NCBI GenBank assembly: GCA_048270185.1
Contig: JBLWTJ010000002.1
Location: 384,001-448,000 of the forward strand
Length of the DNA stretch: 64,000 nt
DNA from: Bacteriovoracaceae bacterium
GTDB taxonomy: Bacteria > Bdellovibrionota > Bacteriovoracia > Bacteriovoracales > Bacteriovoracaceae
Direction: 5' to 3'
Program-made: the position numbers and the translations under genes
In this document: piece by piece, positions 38,480 to 47,986 of the stretch
Layout of the letters: each line of letters starts with the position of its first letter
Numbering within the stretch: the first letter of the stretch is position 1
The notes under the pieces: generated by a model
Seen by the model: only the letters and a program-made list of their open reading frames with translations
Databases searched by the model: none
What the model was told of the DNA's origin: nothing

Positions 38480-39649
38480 TTATTGTAGAGACTTCATGTC
38501 TTTAACTTTTTTCTTAATTTGTGCTGTTAAACTTACTTTCTCAGCACTATTTCCAGCGGCCTGCCCAGCAAGGCTTGCAAGGATATCTTCTTGAGAAGAT
38601 ACTGAGTTACTTGCTTCTTGCATATTTTGTGCAACTTCTTTTAACTTAAACTCTTTCGAACCAATATTGGCCATATCAAGATTTGTATCAAAGTTTGAAC
38701 CAGTTAAATTCTTCTCACCTTCTTTAAAGAAAGATGATGTATCTGTAATTTCAGTTAGAAAATCCATTCCCTTCTCAGATTGTGCCATTAAGAAAACTTG
38801 CTTTTGTACTCTAACAATTAATAGACTTCTTTTTGGACCTAAGTATGTTGTAGAAAGAACCTCAACCATCTTTGCATTCGAAAAAATACCTAATCCACCC
38901 TTCTTAATCATTCCCTTTCTAAAGAAATTCATTAAGAAGAAAATCCCCGCAGCAAAGATTGCGAAGAATCCGATAAATTTAAAGATATAAGTCGACATTT
39001 GGAAACCACCCTTTTCTACACTAGAAGAAAGAGTGCTTACACTGTCTTCAATTTTTTGTGTCTTTTCTTTTTTTAGTGCTGCAAGTGAACTTGCAGTCTG
39101 ATCTAACTTGTTTGTATTTTCTTCTTTCTTAACGACTTCTTCTTTGTCTTTAAGAAGTTTATTTAAATAACTCTCGTCATATGAATCTGCAGTCTTAACC
39201 ACTTCATTTTTTTCGATTTTCTTAGGAGCTGTTGTAACGGCAACTTGTTTAGAAGATTCTGCAATTGGGAAATACATTTTAATTTCGTTGTCATTTACTT
39301 CAAGGCTAACCTTGTCTTCCTTTCCCTTCAAATCGTAAGGTAGAATCGCACGAACACGAGCAACGTCTTTGTTAAACTGATAAGCTAGAAGCTTCGTATC
39401 GAATTTATTATTTACTGAAACTTGCTTCTCAATTTTTGGCCAAACAACTGTACCATCAAGAGCGATTTGAATAATATCGTCCTTAATTGTTAACTCAGGT
39501 GTTGTTCTAAACTTACCTTTAAGTCCTACAGTCACAACTCCAGTCTTACCATTTTTTGATAGCTTAACTTTTCCAATTTCAACTTTTGCAAAAGCATTAG
39601 CTGATAAAAGTGAAACAAGTAAAAATAATAATTTAAATTGCTTGGCCAT
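38480..39649 (-). CDS. fliO: FliO-like protein with large N-terminal extracytoplasmic domain
   Basis: Signal peptide, internal TM, then FliO core (VL.T..LGPKRSL.IVRV); between fliN and fliP. Confidence 0.75.
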   Translation of the reverse strand: MAKQFKLLFLLVSLLSANAFAKVEIGKVKLSKNGKTGVVTVGLKGKFRTTPELTIKDDIIQIALDGTVVWPKIEKQVSVNNKFDTKLLAYQFNKDVARVRAILPYDLKGKEDKVSLEVNDNEIKMYFPIAESSKQVAVTTAPKKIEKNEVVKTADSYDESYLNKLLKDKEEVVKKEENTNKLDQTASSLAALKKEKTQKIEDSVSTLSSSVEKGGFQMSTYIFKFIGFFAIFAAGIFFLMNFFRKGMIKKGGLGIFSNAKMVEVLSTTYLGPKRSLLIVRVQKQVFLMAQSEKGMDFLTEITDTSSFFKEGEKNLTGSNFDTNLDMANIGSKEFKLKEVAQNMQEASNSVSSQEDILASLAGQAAGNSAEKVSLTAQIKKKVKDMKSLQ

Positions 39650-39658
39650 AATATTTTC

Positions 39659-40042
39659 CTATTTTAGATTTTCAATTCGCTCAATTGGAGAAATGATGTC
39701 TGTTAGACGAATACCGAATTTTTCGTTAACAACAACAACTTCACCCTTCGCTACGAGTTTCCCGTTAACTAGAATCTCAAGTGGCTCACCTGCAAGCTTA
39801 TCAAGCTCAAGTACAGAACCCTGTCCTAATTGAAGTAGGTCTTTAATAATTACTTCAGTTCTTCCTAGCTCTACAGTTACCTTTAGAGGAATATCTAAGA
39901 TAAAGTCTAGGTTTTGAACTTTAAGTTTATTAATTGCATCATCACCTGCTCTGATCTCATCAGCTAGTTTTTCAACTTCCATTGTATTGAAGTTTTCTAG
40001 TCCTTGAGTTTGCTGGTTATTTAGTTCAGTTTGATCGCTCAT
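39659..40042 (-). CDS. fliN: Flagellar motor switch protein FliN
   Basis: [39 protein letters not shown]. Confidence 0.96.
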   Translation of the reverse strand: MSDQTELNNQQTQGLENFNTMEVEKLADEIRAGDDAINKLKVQNLDFILDIPLKVTVELGRTEVIIKDLLQLGQGSVLELDKLAGEPLEILVNGKLVAKGEVVVVNEKFGIRLTDIISPIERIENLK

Positions 40043-40057
40043 TTATATCTCCCTTAA

Positions 40058-41080
40058 TTAATCGACATCGATATCCATAGAAACTTTAGGTGTCTTATCA
40101 ACATGAGTGACTTGAACCGCTCGGTTTCCTTTGTAAGTTCCTATTAGGCACTTGAGTTTTTCAACTCCTTGAATCGCACCTTTTACTTCGCTTGAAGCTT
40201 CTTGATTTAGAGGAATAATATCTCCAGTTTGAAGAGTTAGAAGATCCCCTACCGTCATTTCTGCTTCACCAAGTTTCACAACGATTTCTGCTTTTGTATC
40301 CTTGATGTGCTCATTCATAGCACTAGTCCAGATACTGTCGGCCATATCATTATCAGTTTGGTAATTTGAAGATAGTTTTTGCTTAATTGGTTCAATCGTA
40401 GAATAAGGAACAACAATCATAATTGTTCCAGATGCCGATTCAAATTCAACCTCTAGAGTTGTTGCAATGATTACATCTGATGGAGGTACCACACCAACGA
40501 ATTGTGGGTTAATCTCAGTTCTTACGTATTGTGCATCAATACGGTGAACTTGTGCCCATGCTTCTTCAAGATCAGAAATGGCCATATCCATAACTTTTCT
40601 CATGAATGAAAGTTCAATTGCTGTGAATTCCTTCCCTTCGATCTTTGTGAAAGGACGATCAGTACCACCAAAGTATGAATCGATAATTGCGTAAGCAAGT
40701 TTTGATTCGAATACAAGTAGAGCTGGCCCTCTTAGTTCATTGAATTTCATAATACACATACACGAAGGTATCGGAAGTGTGTTTACGAATTCACCAAACT
40801 TCAGAAGATCGGTCGAGATCATTGAGATAGTTGAAATTTTTCTAAGAGAGTTAGATAAAGACACTCGAAATGAACGAATGAATCTTTCATAAATGATTTC
40901 GAGAATAGGCATTCGCCCACGAATAACTCGGTCTTGATTGGTCAAGTCATACGGCTGTATGTTCTCGTCTTCACCTTCATCATCGAAGTCTGCACCTTCA
41001 CCTAGAAAATCATCTGTATCACCATCGTTTACAGCGTTTAATAGAGCGTCGACTTCGTCTTGACTTAAAACCTGTGCCAT
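40058..41080 (-). CDS. fliM: Flagellar motor switch protein FliM
   Basis: CheY-binding LSQDEVDALL, YDL, E.NPQF; start at ATG 41080 after AGGAGG. Confidence 0.95.
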   Translation of the reverse strand: MAQVLSQDEVDALLNAVNDGDTDDFLGEGADFDDEGEDENIQPYDLTNQDRVIRGRMPILEIIYERFIRSFRVSLSNSLRKISTISMISTDLLKFGEFVNTLPIPSCMCIMKFNELRGPALLVFESKLAYAIIDSYFGGTDRPFTKIEGKEFTAIELSFMRKVMDMAISDLEEAWAQVHRIDAQYVRTEINPQFVGVVPPSDVIIATTLEVEFESASGTIMIVVPYSTIEPIKQKLSSNYQTDNDMADSIWTSAMNEHIKDTKAEIVVKLGEAEMTVGDLLTLQTGDIIPLNQEASSEVKGAIQGVEKLKCLIGTYKGNRAVQVTHVDKTPKVSMDIDVD

Positions 41081-41106
41081 CGTTCCCCTCCTAGGATTTG
41101 ATGATC

Positions 41107-41121
41107 TTGGCATCCTGCCAA
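41107..41121 (-). promoter_or_regulatory. CsrA/RsmA-type GGA hairpin upstream of fliM
   Basis: Minus strand TTGGCA-GGA-TGCCAA shortly upstream of the AGGAGG SD. Confidence 0.55.
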
Positions 41122-41146
41122 TAATTTAAACAAACTTATATATTAA

Positions 41147-41680
41147 CTAGTTGATCTGGAAACCAACGTAGTAAACATCTAAAACTTTTCCATCAACAAG
41201 ATATGAGTTAATTGCTGATTTGATCTCTTCCTTAAGGTATTCCTTACCTTGAACTTTTAAAAGATCTTCTGGCCTCTTAGAGTTAAGGATACTAATGATT
41301 GAATCCCTAATCTGAGGTTTTCTTGCTTTATACTCATCCTCTTTTGCTGAAAGAGATAATTTTAAAACTGCATTTAAGCGAATATATCGTTGTGGTCCGT
41401 CACCTTGTGAAAGGTTGGCCGTAAAGCTATCAAGTGGAAAGAGCTTTCCTTCTTCTTCTTGAGCTTCACCCGTCTTAACGGCTTCTTGATCTTCAGATTG
41501 TTCTTTCATCTGTGCTTTAACAATATCTTCAACTGAAGACTGAGAAGCTAGTTTCAAATGTGTCTGATACTGAAAGTAAGCGATTGCACCCATTAGAACT
41601 ATATTCAGTAGTAGAGCTACTGTTAGTAGAGGGTTTTTTCCACTTCCTTGGTTTGTATTGTCAGCACTTCCATCTGCCAT
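41147..41680 (-). CDS. fliL: Flagellar basal-body-associated protein FliL
   Basis: N-terminal TM, L..F..NL, P.IRD.II..L, GKE.LK.EI...IN. Confidence 0.92.
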   Translation of the reverse strand: MADGSADNTNQGSGKNPLLTVALLLNIVLMGAIAYFQYQTHLKLASQSSVEDIVKAQMKEQSEDQEAVKTGEAQEEEGKLFPLDSFTANLSQGDGPQRYIRLNAVLKLSLSAKEDEYKARKPQIRDSIISILNSKRPEDLLKVQGKEYLKEEIKSAINSYLVDGKVLDVYYVGFQIN

Positions 41681-41922
41681 AATTTATAAATCCTTTATTC
41701 ACACAGAAAAAAATTCCATTTAAAACTGTGCCTCGTCAAAAATTATACATCTAGCAGAGGTTTTCCACAAGATAGTAAAGTATGTTCTGGTATATTCTGC
41801 CCATGTATTTTGAAATATTAGCAGTTTATGGCCAGTGTAAATTTTAGATGGTGTCAAAATGTCGACGGTTATCGCTCACTTTCGGGATTGGGAGGCAAGA
41901 TTTTCCTATTTGAATCTCTCCT

Positions 41923-41957
41923 AAAAATAGAAAGGCCCCCAAATAGGAGGCCTTCTA
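41923..41957 (-). terminator. Probable terminator after the HU gene
   Basis: Minus strand AGAAGGCCTCC...GGGGGCCTTTCT followed by ATTTTT. Confidence 0.65.
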
Positions 41958-41984
41958 TATCGATCTAATTTTAAAATCTTTAAA

Positions 41985-42263
41985 TTAGAACATTTCCTTC
42001 CAAGCTTTACCTGGCTTGAATTTTGGAAGTGTCTTAGCTTTGATTTTAATTTTTTCACCAGTTGCTGGATTGATACCAGTTCTAGCTGCTCTTCTTACTT
42101 TTGTGAAAGTACCAAAACCGATTAGTGAAACATCGTCACCTTTCTTAACTGCTTTTTTGATTGTATCAAGAGTAGTTGATACGAATGCATCTGCATCTTT
42201 CTTAGTTAGGTGGCTTAATTCTTTGTTTTTTAAGATTGCTTCTACAAGTTCTTTTCTGTTCAT
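41985..42263 (-). CDS. hup: DNA-binding protein HU
   Basis: MNRKELV, GFGTF....RAARTG.NP.TG..I.I.A...PKFKPGK. Confidence 0.95.
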   Translation of the reverse strand: MNRKELVEAILKNKELSHLTKKDADAFVSTTLDTIKKAVKKGDDVSLIGFGTFTKVRRAARTGINPATGEKIKIKAKTLPKFKPGKAWKEMF

Positions 42264-42382
42264 TTTAACTCCAAATAGTTAGTTATTTAGTTGTTGTTAA
42301 AATAGGATGACGCTTGAAAGACGCTTTGACAAGGGTTTTTAGGCTTTTTTTTATTAAAAAAATATTTTTTTATTTTTTAGAG

Positions 42383-42832
42383 TTATTTTAAGCTTTTTTC
42401 TTGCCAAACTATTATCTCTTCCTCTAGTGCGATTCTCACTGCTTTTAGCCATTCGGCTTCAAGTTTTTCGTGCTCTTTTATACTTTCGACTTCAACAAAG
42501 AGTTGAATGAAAACCGGCCCCAATTGGTGATAGAACACATTTAAAGAGGGTATTTGAATATCAACAGGAAGATGATCTGCAAGTTTTTCTAAAACCTTTT
42601 CAACTTCTAATACTTCTTTAGCAAGGTCATAAATAGATTCAACTTTTAGGAGTTGGTATAGGCGGCCGATATAGGCTTCATCAAAAATTCTCTGCTCGAT
42701 TAATGAGTGTGGAACCTTATCTTGTAAGAAGTCTTCTAATGTATAGTGTGCCTGACGTGCCGATTCACGAAAGAATTCTTTATTAACTTTAACTTGGTTA
42801 TGATCAAAGAAGCTTGTCATAAGTACCTCCAC
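42383..42832 (-). CDS. Hypothetical protein
   Basis: Open frame; likely start MTSFF (ATG 42820 after GGAGG); no motif recognised. Confidence 0.7.
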   Translation of the reverse strand: MEVLMTSFFDHNQVKVNKEFFRESARQAHYTLEDFLQDKVPHSLIEQRIFDEAYIGRLYQLLKVESIYDLAKEVLEVEKVLEKLADHLPVDIQIPSLNVFYHQLGPVFIQLFVEVESIKEHEKLEAEWLKAVRIALEEEIIVWQEKSLK

Positions 42833-42894
42833 AACTACTAGTATAACAAAGAATTATATTTTTGCATGATTATCGTTCATTGTCTGATCAATGC

Positions 42895-42923
42895 AAAAAA
42901 AAAGCCTACTTAAGTAAGTAGGC
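42895..42923 (-). terminator. Rho-independent terminator after the DsbA-family gene
   Basis: Minus strand GCCTACTT-ACTT-AAGTAGGC followed by T9. Confidence 0.8.
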
Positions 42924-42954
42924 CTTCTATTTAAAATTTGAATATATTCATGAA

Positions 42955-43746
42955 TTAAAGTGTAAGTTTACCTTTCTCTTTAAGTAGGTCAAGAATCATT
43001 TCAAAGTGAGAAAGTGGGTAAGCACCTTTAACAGGAACACCATTAATTACGAAACCAGGAGTCCCTTGGATTTCGAATTGTCTTGCTTCATTCTCATCTG
43101 CTTTAACTCTTTCAACAACTTCTTTAGACTTTACGTCTTTTGCAAGCTTAGACATATTAGCACCTAACTTCTTCGCAAGTTGCTTTAGGTATTTTTCTTT
43201 GTACTGTCTTAACTTAGTTTGACCTTCTTGAGTGAAAAGCTCATCGTGAAATTTAAAAGCCAGTTCATTTTTTTGAATTCTTAGTGCTTCATAGTACTCA
43301 GCTGCAATTCTTGCTTCAGAGTGGAATGAAAGAGGAAGGTGCTTATAAATAAATTGTACCTTACCTTTATATTTTTCAAGCATTGGTTTAACAACGTTAT
43401 CAAATCCTCTTGTACAATATGGACACTGAAAATCAGAGTATTCAACTAGAGTGATTACTCCACCTTTAGTTCCTCTAATCGCTTCGTCTTCTCTAATTTG
43501 TGGCTTTAATGGATTTTCAACGAAAGCGTGAAGTTTTTTATTTTCTTCTTCTTCTCTCTTCTTCGCCATTGCTTCTTTTGCATTTTGCGCAGCCGATTGT
43601 AGAGCTTCCATAACTTCAGCTGGATGAGCTTTAATTGCTTCTGCTAAAATTGTTGGATCTTCTTTAAGTGCTTTTTTAATTTCTTCCTTACCTACACAAC
43701 TTGCAAGTAAAACTAGTGACATTACAATGCCTAAAACTTTTTTCAT
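42955..43746 (-). CDS. DsbA/BdbD-family thiol-disulfide oxidoreductase lipoprotein
   Basis: Lipobox LASC; EYSDFQCPYC, KHLPL..H, GTPGF.ING....GA.P. Confidence 0.9.
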   Translation of the reverse strand: MKKVLGIVMSLVLLASCVGKEEIKKALKEDPTILAEAIKAHPAEVMEALQSAAQNAKEAMAKKREEEENKKLHAFVENPLKPQIREDEAIRGTKGGVITLVEYSDFQCPYCTRGFDNVVKPMLEKYKGKVQFIYKHLPLSFHSEARIAAEYYEALRIQKNELAFKFHDELFTQEGQTKLRQYKEKYLKQLAKKLGANMSKLAKDVKSKEVVERVKADENEARQFEIQGTPGFVINGVPVKGAYPLSHFEMILDLLKEKGKLTL

Positions 43747-43821
43747 TACTATCCCTTTTGTTTTTAAAACAAATTATTCATCAAATTAATATTATGATTT
43801 TACTTGAACAAAATTAAATAC

Positions 43822-44808
43822 TCAATCTTCTTTTGAAGAGTACTCTTTTTCCATGTAGTCCAGATACTTGTTGATGGTACGCGTCTGATTGCGTACATAC
43901 TTATAACCAATGAGGTGAACTCTTGAGGCATATCGTCCATTAATGAAAGATCGCATCGTTGCAAAAATCCCAAATGCAGGTGTTGCTACCTTATTATAGA
44001 GATAGGCCATGAAGAAACTATAACAAATAATATTTGTCCCAATGGTAATATAAGCAATATCTCTCTGGATCAAACTCATGTAACTAAAGTATTCTTCAAC
44101 ACCTTTACCACCAGTTAAGATTTCATTTACCACTGAAATAACAGCATCAAAGAGTGCGTAGTTAATAATTGAAATAATCATCCCTGTAAGAACACAAGTT
44201 ATCGCGACATAAATACTCTTATGAATAAAGAACATTGTTTCAAAGACAGGCTTGTGTATCTTTTTGTATTTAGACGGAACTTCAATTTGAGTTAATTTTC
44301 CACTCTTTCTTAAAGTTGTTGTTGTCGTAAAGAACCAATCACTAAATCCAGAAAGAAGTCTTAATTCCGACTGAAACTCTCCATCAAAGGCCCACTTCTC
44401 TTCATTAGGACAAATAGCAGCTTCACAATATGCTGAGATTTCATCAAATGGCTTTAATACTAATTGGGCCAGAATTATACCAGCGATGAGAAGGCAAATG
44501 AACGAACCAATTGCCCAAGGGAGAACTTCTAATAGGCCATTTTGAATATAGTCCATAATCAATGGGCTAATAATGTAATCAATATCTTTTCTAAAAGAAG
44601 TTATATAAATAATTGCCGATTTGAGTAAAACCCAATTTAGAATGAATCCCAAGGTGATTGAAACAAAAGGTACTAGTGCGAAGATAACACCTATTTTCAA
44701 ACGAAACTTGGCCTGATCATCTTTTTTAAAGTCTCTAAAAGATTGCGTAATGATTTTATACATGTCTTCCCACTCATCGTGAATTAATTCATAAGTCTTT
44801 ATTATCAT
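43822..44808 (-). CDS. Hypothetical four-TM membrane protein with two TM-hairpin/HAMP-like halves
   Basis: Four hydrophobic segments; KPF..I and TPAF.I...R...G.Y..RV follow TM2 and TM4. Confidence 0.65.
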   Translation of the reverse strand: MIIKTYELIHDEWEDMYKIITQSFRDFKKDDQAKFRLKIGVIFALVPFVSITLGFILNWVLLKSAIIYITSFRKDIDYIISPLIMDYIQNGLLEVLPWAIGSFICLLIAGIILAQLVLKPFDEISAYCEAAICPNEEKWAFDGEFQSELRLLSGFSDWFFTTTTTLRKSGKLTQIEVPSKYKKIHKPVFETMFFIHKSIYVAITCVLTGMIISIINYALFDAVISVVNEILTGGKGVEEYFSYMSLIQRDIAYITIGTNIICYSFFMAYLYNKVATPAFGIFATMRSFINGRYASRVHLIGYKYVRNQTRTINKYLDYMEKEYSSKED

Positions 44809-44813
44809 GTAGT

Positions 44814-44886
44814 TATTCGGCGTAATCTAAATAATTCTTAATATTTTTATCCATTAGCTAAAGAAAACTTAAAAAAGCTCCGATAC
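44814..44886. promoter_or_regulatory. Back-to-back putative sigma28 promoters
   Basis: Minus: TTAAG-N15-GCCGAATA (44841-44814); plus: TAAAG-N15-TCCGATAC (44859-44886). Confidence 0.55.
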
Positions 44887-44920
44887 TGTTAATAGCGTAA
44901 ATCTAATATTTGAGGATATT

Positions 44921-45553
44921 ATGAAAAAATTTAAGACTTTATTAATTCTAACAATCACATCGGCCCTTATCACAAGTTGTGGTAGTGACTCAGGTGGATC
45001 TAACTCACTTGGTGGCTCTGGCTGGGGAGTTAATAATTCGAGCGTTGGTAGTATGACATCAAATGTACAACAAGTTCATGCTAGCCTTGAACGAATCACA
45101 AACTGTCAAAGTGGTAGTAGAAAAGTTGTAACGGCAAATGTTCAATCCGGTCTTAATCAAGGTATGAACTCCACTCAGCTATATGGACAGCTAAATGAAG
45201 GCGCTCTTCCAGGAGAGAGTGGTGAGTATTATTCAGGAATAAGTGCGACAGGAGATATTCTCATTATTTCGAGAGCATCCAATGGTTTTAATTTCTACTT
45301 CTCTTTTTGTAGTCTTTATTTCTCACTTTATAATCAACAATATCCACTACTAGCTGATGGACGTGGTATCCAAAATCTATACATGTCTAGTCCAACTGTA
45401 TTAACGGCTTCAACTTATTATCCAACGAATTTAATTTCAAGTGCTAATATTGTTGTCACTGTTCCTCAATACACAGCAAACTACAATGGTTATAGCGTAC
45501 CAGTTGAAGGACAAACACTATACTTCGCTTTTACAGCACCAGTAAGAAATTAA
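44921..45553 (+). CDS. Hypothetical lipoprotein
   Basis: Lipobox ITSC followed by Gly/Ser linker; GAGGA RBS. Confidence 0.8.
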   Translation: MKKFKTLLILTITSALITSCGSDSGGSNSLGGSGWGVNNSSVGSMTSNVQQVHASLERITNCQSGSRKVVTANVQSGLNQGMNSTQLYGQLNEGALPGESGEYYSGISATGDILIISRASNGFNFYFSFCSLYFSLYNQQYPLLADGRGIQNLYMSSPTVLTASTYYPTNLISSANIVVTVPQYTANYNGYSVPVEGQTLYFAFTAPVRN

Positions 45554-46710
45554 TAAAGTTTTAAGATATTTAATTTAGGAAAATAATGGGCCAGAATTTT
45601 TTTATGGCCCATTCCTTTTTGGGCCAAACCTAGAGAGCCAACTTGGCAAAGTCCGACACCGTGGCCATTTCCCTTACCGACAAATTGCATCCCTGCCCCT
45701 TCAAGATCAACCATATAGAAATGGTTAGAAGGAAATTCAACGCGACCAAAGTAGCGACGGAATAAACTCTTTTTTATTTTTATTTTCTTATTTCCATTTT
45801 TTACAAAGATTGCTTTTGCATTCTTCTTATCAGGATAAATATACATTTTCTTCTTAAGAGGTGTCTCTTCGAGATATCCTTTTCTCATGGCCCATTGAAG
45901 AAATTTTTTAAAACGATGTTTTGTAATTTTTGAATCCCAATTCTTTTTCTTCTGACAATATTCACATTTTACTGTTGAGTATCCATGAACTTTATTCGTC
46001 CAAACATCAGAAGGTATAAGAGTTGTTCCACCACAGCTAGCATGAAAGAAGGCCGGCACAAGATCTCCCTTCTTATTTGTAAGAACGAGTCCTGCTGTAT
46101 CCTTTGATGCTTCAATCGTCTTGGCCGTTACGTCATTAAATGTTCCATTTACTTGATGTTTTTCAGAGTTTTCAAGATCAAAGAGGGTATCATTTTGAAG
46201 TCCCGAAATCATCATATGATGAATAGCATAAGTTCTGGCCGCAACAGCTTGGGCCTTTAACGCTTCAATTGGCCATGAAGCGTTCATTTCTTTTGCAAGC
46301 AATGTCGCAATATAATCATCGAGATCCATTTCGTTAACAACATCACAAGAATTACCATTCTCACTCGTTACGACATGCATCTGTCCCATGAATTGTTTTT
46401 GTTCAAAACCAATGAGACCTGTTTGAGAACTGAGAGAAGCAAGGTACTGTGGTTTAACACTATCAATCTTGCCAAGTGAATTACAGTTGATTTTTATTTT
46501 CTTATGGCCATTAAAGGTTTTTGAATTCTTAGTCGCAACAACTAAGCGAGTTATATCGACACCTTCTAAGAGAACATTTTGTAAATTTTTTGCAACTCTT
46601 ACTTTTACAGTATGACCTGACTTAAAATTTTGAAGGGGACTAATTCTTGCAAAAGAATTTATTGAAACCGCTAGTGTTAATAAAAGAAAAATATTCCTCA
46701 ATGATATCAT
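45550..46710 (-). CDS. SpoIID/LytB-family lytic transglycosylase
   Basis: VN...DDY......EM.ASWP.EALKAQAVAARTYA, FHASCGG.T, G.GHGVGLCQ.G..GLA, IL.HYFP. Confidence 0.92.
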   Translation of the reverse strand: MISLRNIFLLLTLAVSINSFARISPLQNFKSGHTVKVRVAKNLQNVLLEGVDITRLVVATKNSKTFNGHKKIKINCNSLGKIDSVKPQYLASLSSQTGLIGFEQKQFMGQMHVVTSENGNSCDVVNEMDLDDYIATLLAKEMNASWPIEALKAQAVAARTYAIHHMMISGLQNDTLFDLENSEKHQVNGTFNDVTAKTIEASKDTAGLVLTNKKGDLVPAFFHASCGGTTLIPSDVWTNKVHGYSTVKCEYCQKKKNWDSKITKHRFKKFLQWAMRKGYLEETPLKKKMYIYPDKKNAKAIFVKNGNKKIKIKKSLFRRYFGRVEFPSNHFYMVDLEGAGMQFVGKGNGHGVGLCQVGSLGLAQKGMGHKKILAHYFPKLNILKLY

Positions 46711-46770
46711 CCTGACTGGTCTTGCTTCCTTGCAAACCTAGTAAAATGATATATGAAATCACTACACTAC

Positions 46771-47604
46771 TCAACTCGTTAATTTATCGATCACTTTTTT
46801 CATATCGGCCCAAGCCGTTTTCTTCATCGAAACATTATGTTCTAGTAGATTAGGATGGAAGAGAGGCATTACTTCAATTATCCGACCACTTTCCTCAGTC
46901 TCTATTTGAACTGAGAAAAACTCTCCATGTGCCTTGGCCATTTTAATCTTCTTATCAAGACATAGACTGGTTGCAGGGGCTCCTAAAGGAATTAAGAAAC
47001 GAGGCTTAAAGTGAGCACAACAAGAGAATAGGAACTCTCTTGCGTCTTTCTTTAAGTATGGCACGCGGATAAATCGTCCGGCCGGTATTTTCATGGCCTT
47101 AATCATTCGGCCCATTAAGTCCTGATCTGATTCAATCATTGAAAGTGGTAGAAATTCTGGTATTTCATCATCTTCAATTTCATCGAGTCCGTAGAAGACA
47201 ATATCCACTTCACCTTCAAATTTATCAATGCCAGGTATCGAATCAATTTTCCAGCTTGAATTGATCTGTGAAAGAATTTTATTGAAGCTGGTAGAAACTC
47301 TTAGACTCTCCGCTTGCACTTCTTCTTTTTCTATTTCGACAGTGTTTTGAGTTGGGATTTTAGGCTTTTGAATCGGTGCTTGTTCAAGCGTATCAGGAGC
47401 GACAACTTTCTCCTCTTCTAAGCTTAAAGAATGCTTACTAACAGGCTTAGAATCGCCTTCAAGAGCGTTTAATTGCTTGCCCTTTAACTTTAGAAACCAC
47501 AGTGAATTTTCAAAAATTTTGCTATAGAACGTCGGCTTATGCCCACCCATAGGGTTTGCATTATTGCTAAAATCTTTAGTTAATTTATTCAAAAACTTGG
47601 CCAT
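46771..47604 (-). CDS. Degenerate uracil-DNA glycosylase family 4-like protein
   Basis: C-terminal UDG4-like motifs (L..MI.AM, LGA.A...L, HG.F, P.FHP..L..N...K..AW.D); N-terminal GE.PG motif not seen. Confidence 0.6.
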   Translation of the reverse strand: MAKFLNKLTKDFSNNANPMGGHKPTFYSKIFENSLWFLKLKGKQLNALEGDSKPVSKHSLSLEEEKVVAPDTLEQAPIQKPKIPTQNTVEIEKEEVQAESLRVSTSFNKILSQINSSWKIDSIPGIDKFEGEVDIVFYGLDEIEDDEIPEFLPLSMIESDQDLMGRMIKAMKIPAGRFIRVPYLKKDAREFLFSCCAHFKPRFLIPLGAPATSLCLDKKIKMAKAHGEFFSVQIETEESGRIIEVMPLFHPNLLEHNVSMKKTAWADMKKVIDKLTS

Positions 47605-47660
47605 TACTTTATTTCCTATGGGTAAAATATCCCTAAGATACTAAAAATAAAAGCATAAAT

Positions 47661-47687
47661 TTTAGAACTCCTCTAAGCCTCCGATAA
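47661..47687 (+). promoter_or_regulatory. Putative sigma28 promoter
   Basis: TTTA-N15-TCCGATAA. Confidence 0.5.
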
Positions 47688-47764
47688 ATCAAGTATATCC
47701 ACTGGATGGGACACTCTGCACAACAGGTCTCCAGTGGTAATTAGACAATTAAAGGAGTTGCTAC

Positions 47765-47977
47765 ATGTCTTTCGATCCAGATTTCCAATTAGAGAACTTT
47801 GAAGAATTATTTGGTGATATCGAACAGGTACATAAGGTTTTAAATGAATGCCCAGTTTGCGGCTCTAAGATGATTCACACACACCTTTCTGATTATAAAA
47901 ACCTGTACATACATGAGAATTCAAGATGTACGGATTGCGGGCACGGCAATAGAAAGAAGATTCATCACCTCAACTAA
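47765..47977 (+). CDS. Small zinc-ribbon protein
   Basis: CPVC...CTDC; AAGGAG RBS. Confidence 0.75.
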   Translation: MSFDPDFQLENFEELFGDIEQVHKVLNECPVCGSKMIHTHLSDYKNLYIHENSRCTDCGHGNRKKIHHLN

Positions 47978-47986
47978 GCATTCAGA

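Noticed and set aside
41081..41113. 11-aa N-terminal extension of FliM from the ORF track
   Set aside because: Strong SD precedes ATG 41080 and the conserved LSQ.E.DALL motif follows immediately; the upstream ATG is part of a GGA hairpin.
41760..41835. Sigma54 promoter for the fliL operon
   Set aside because: Both candidates (TGGAAAACCTCTGC, TGGCCATAAACTGC) have GG-N9-GC rather than GG-N10-GC spacing.
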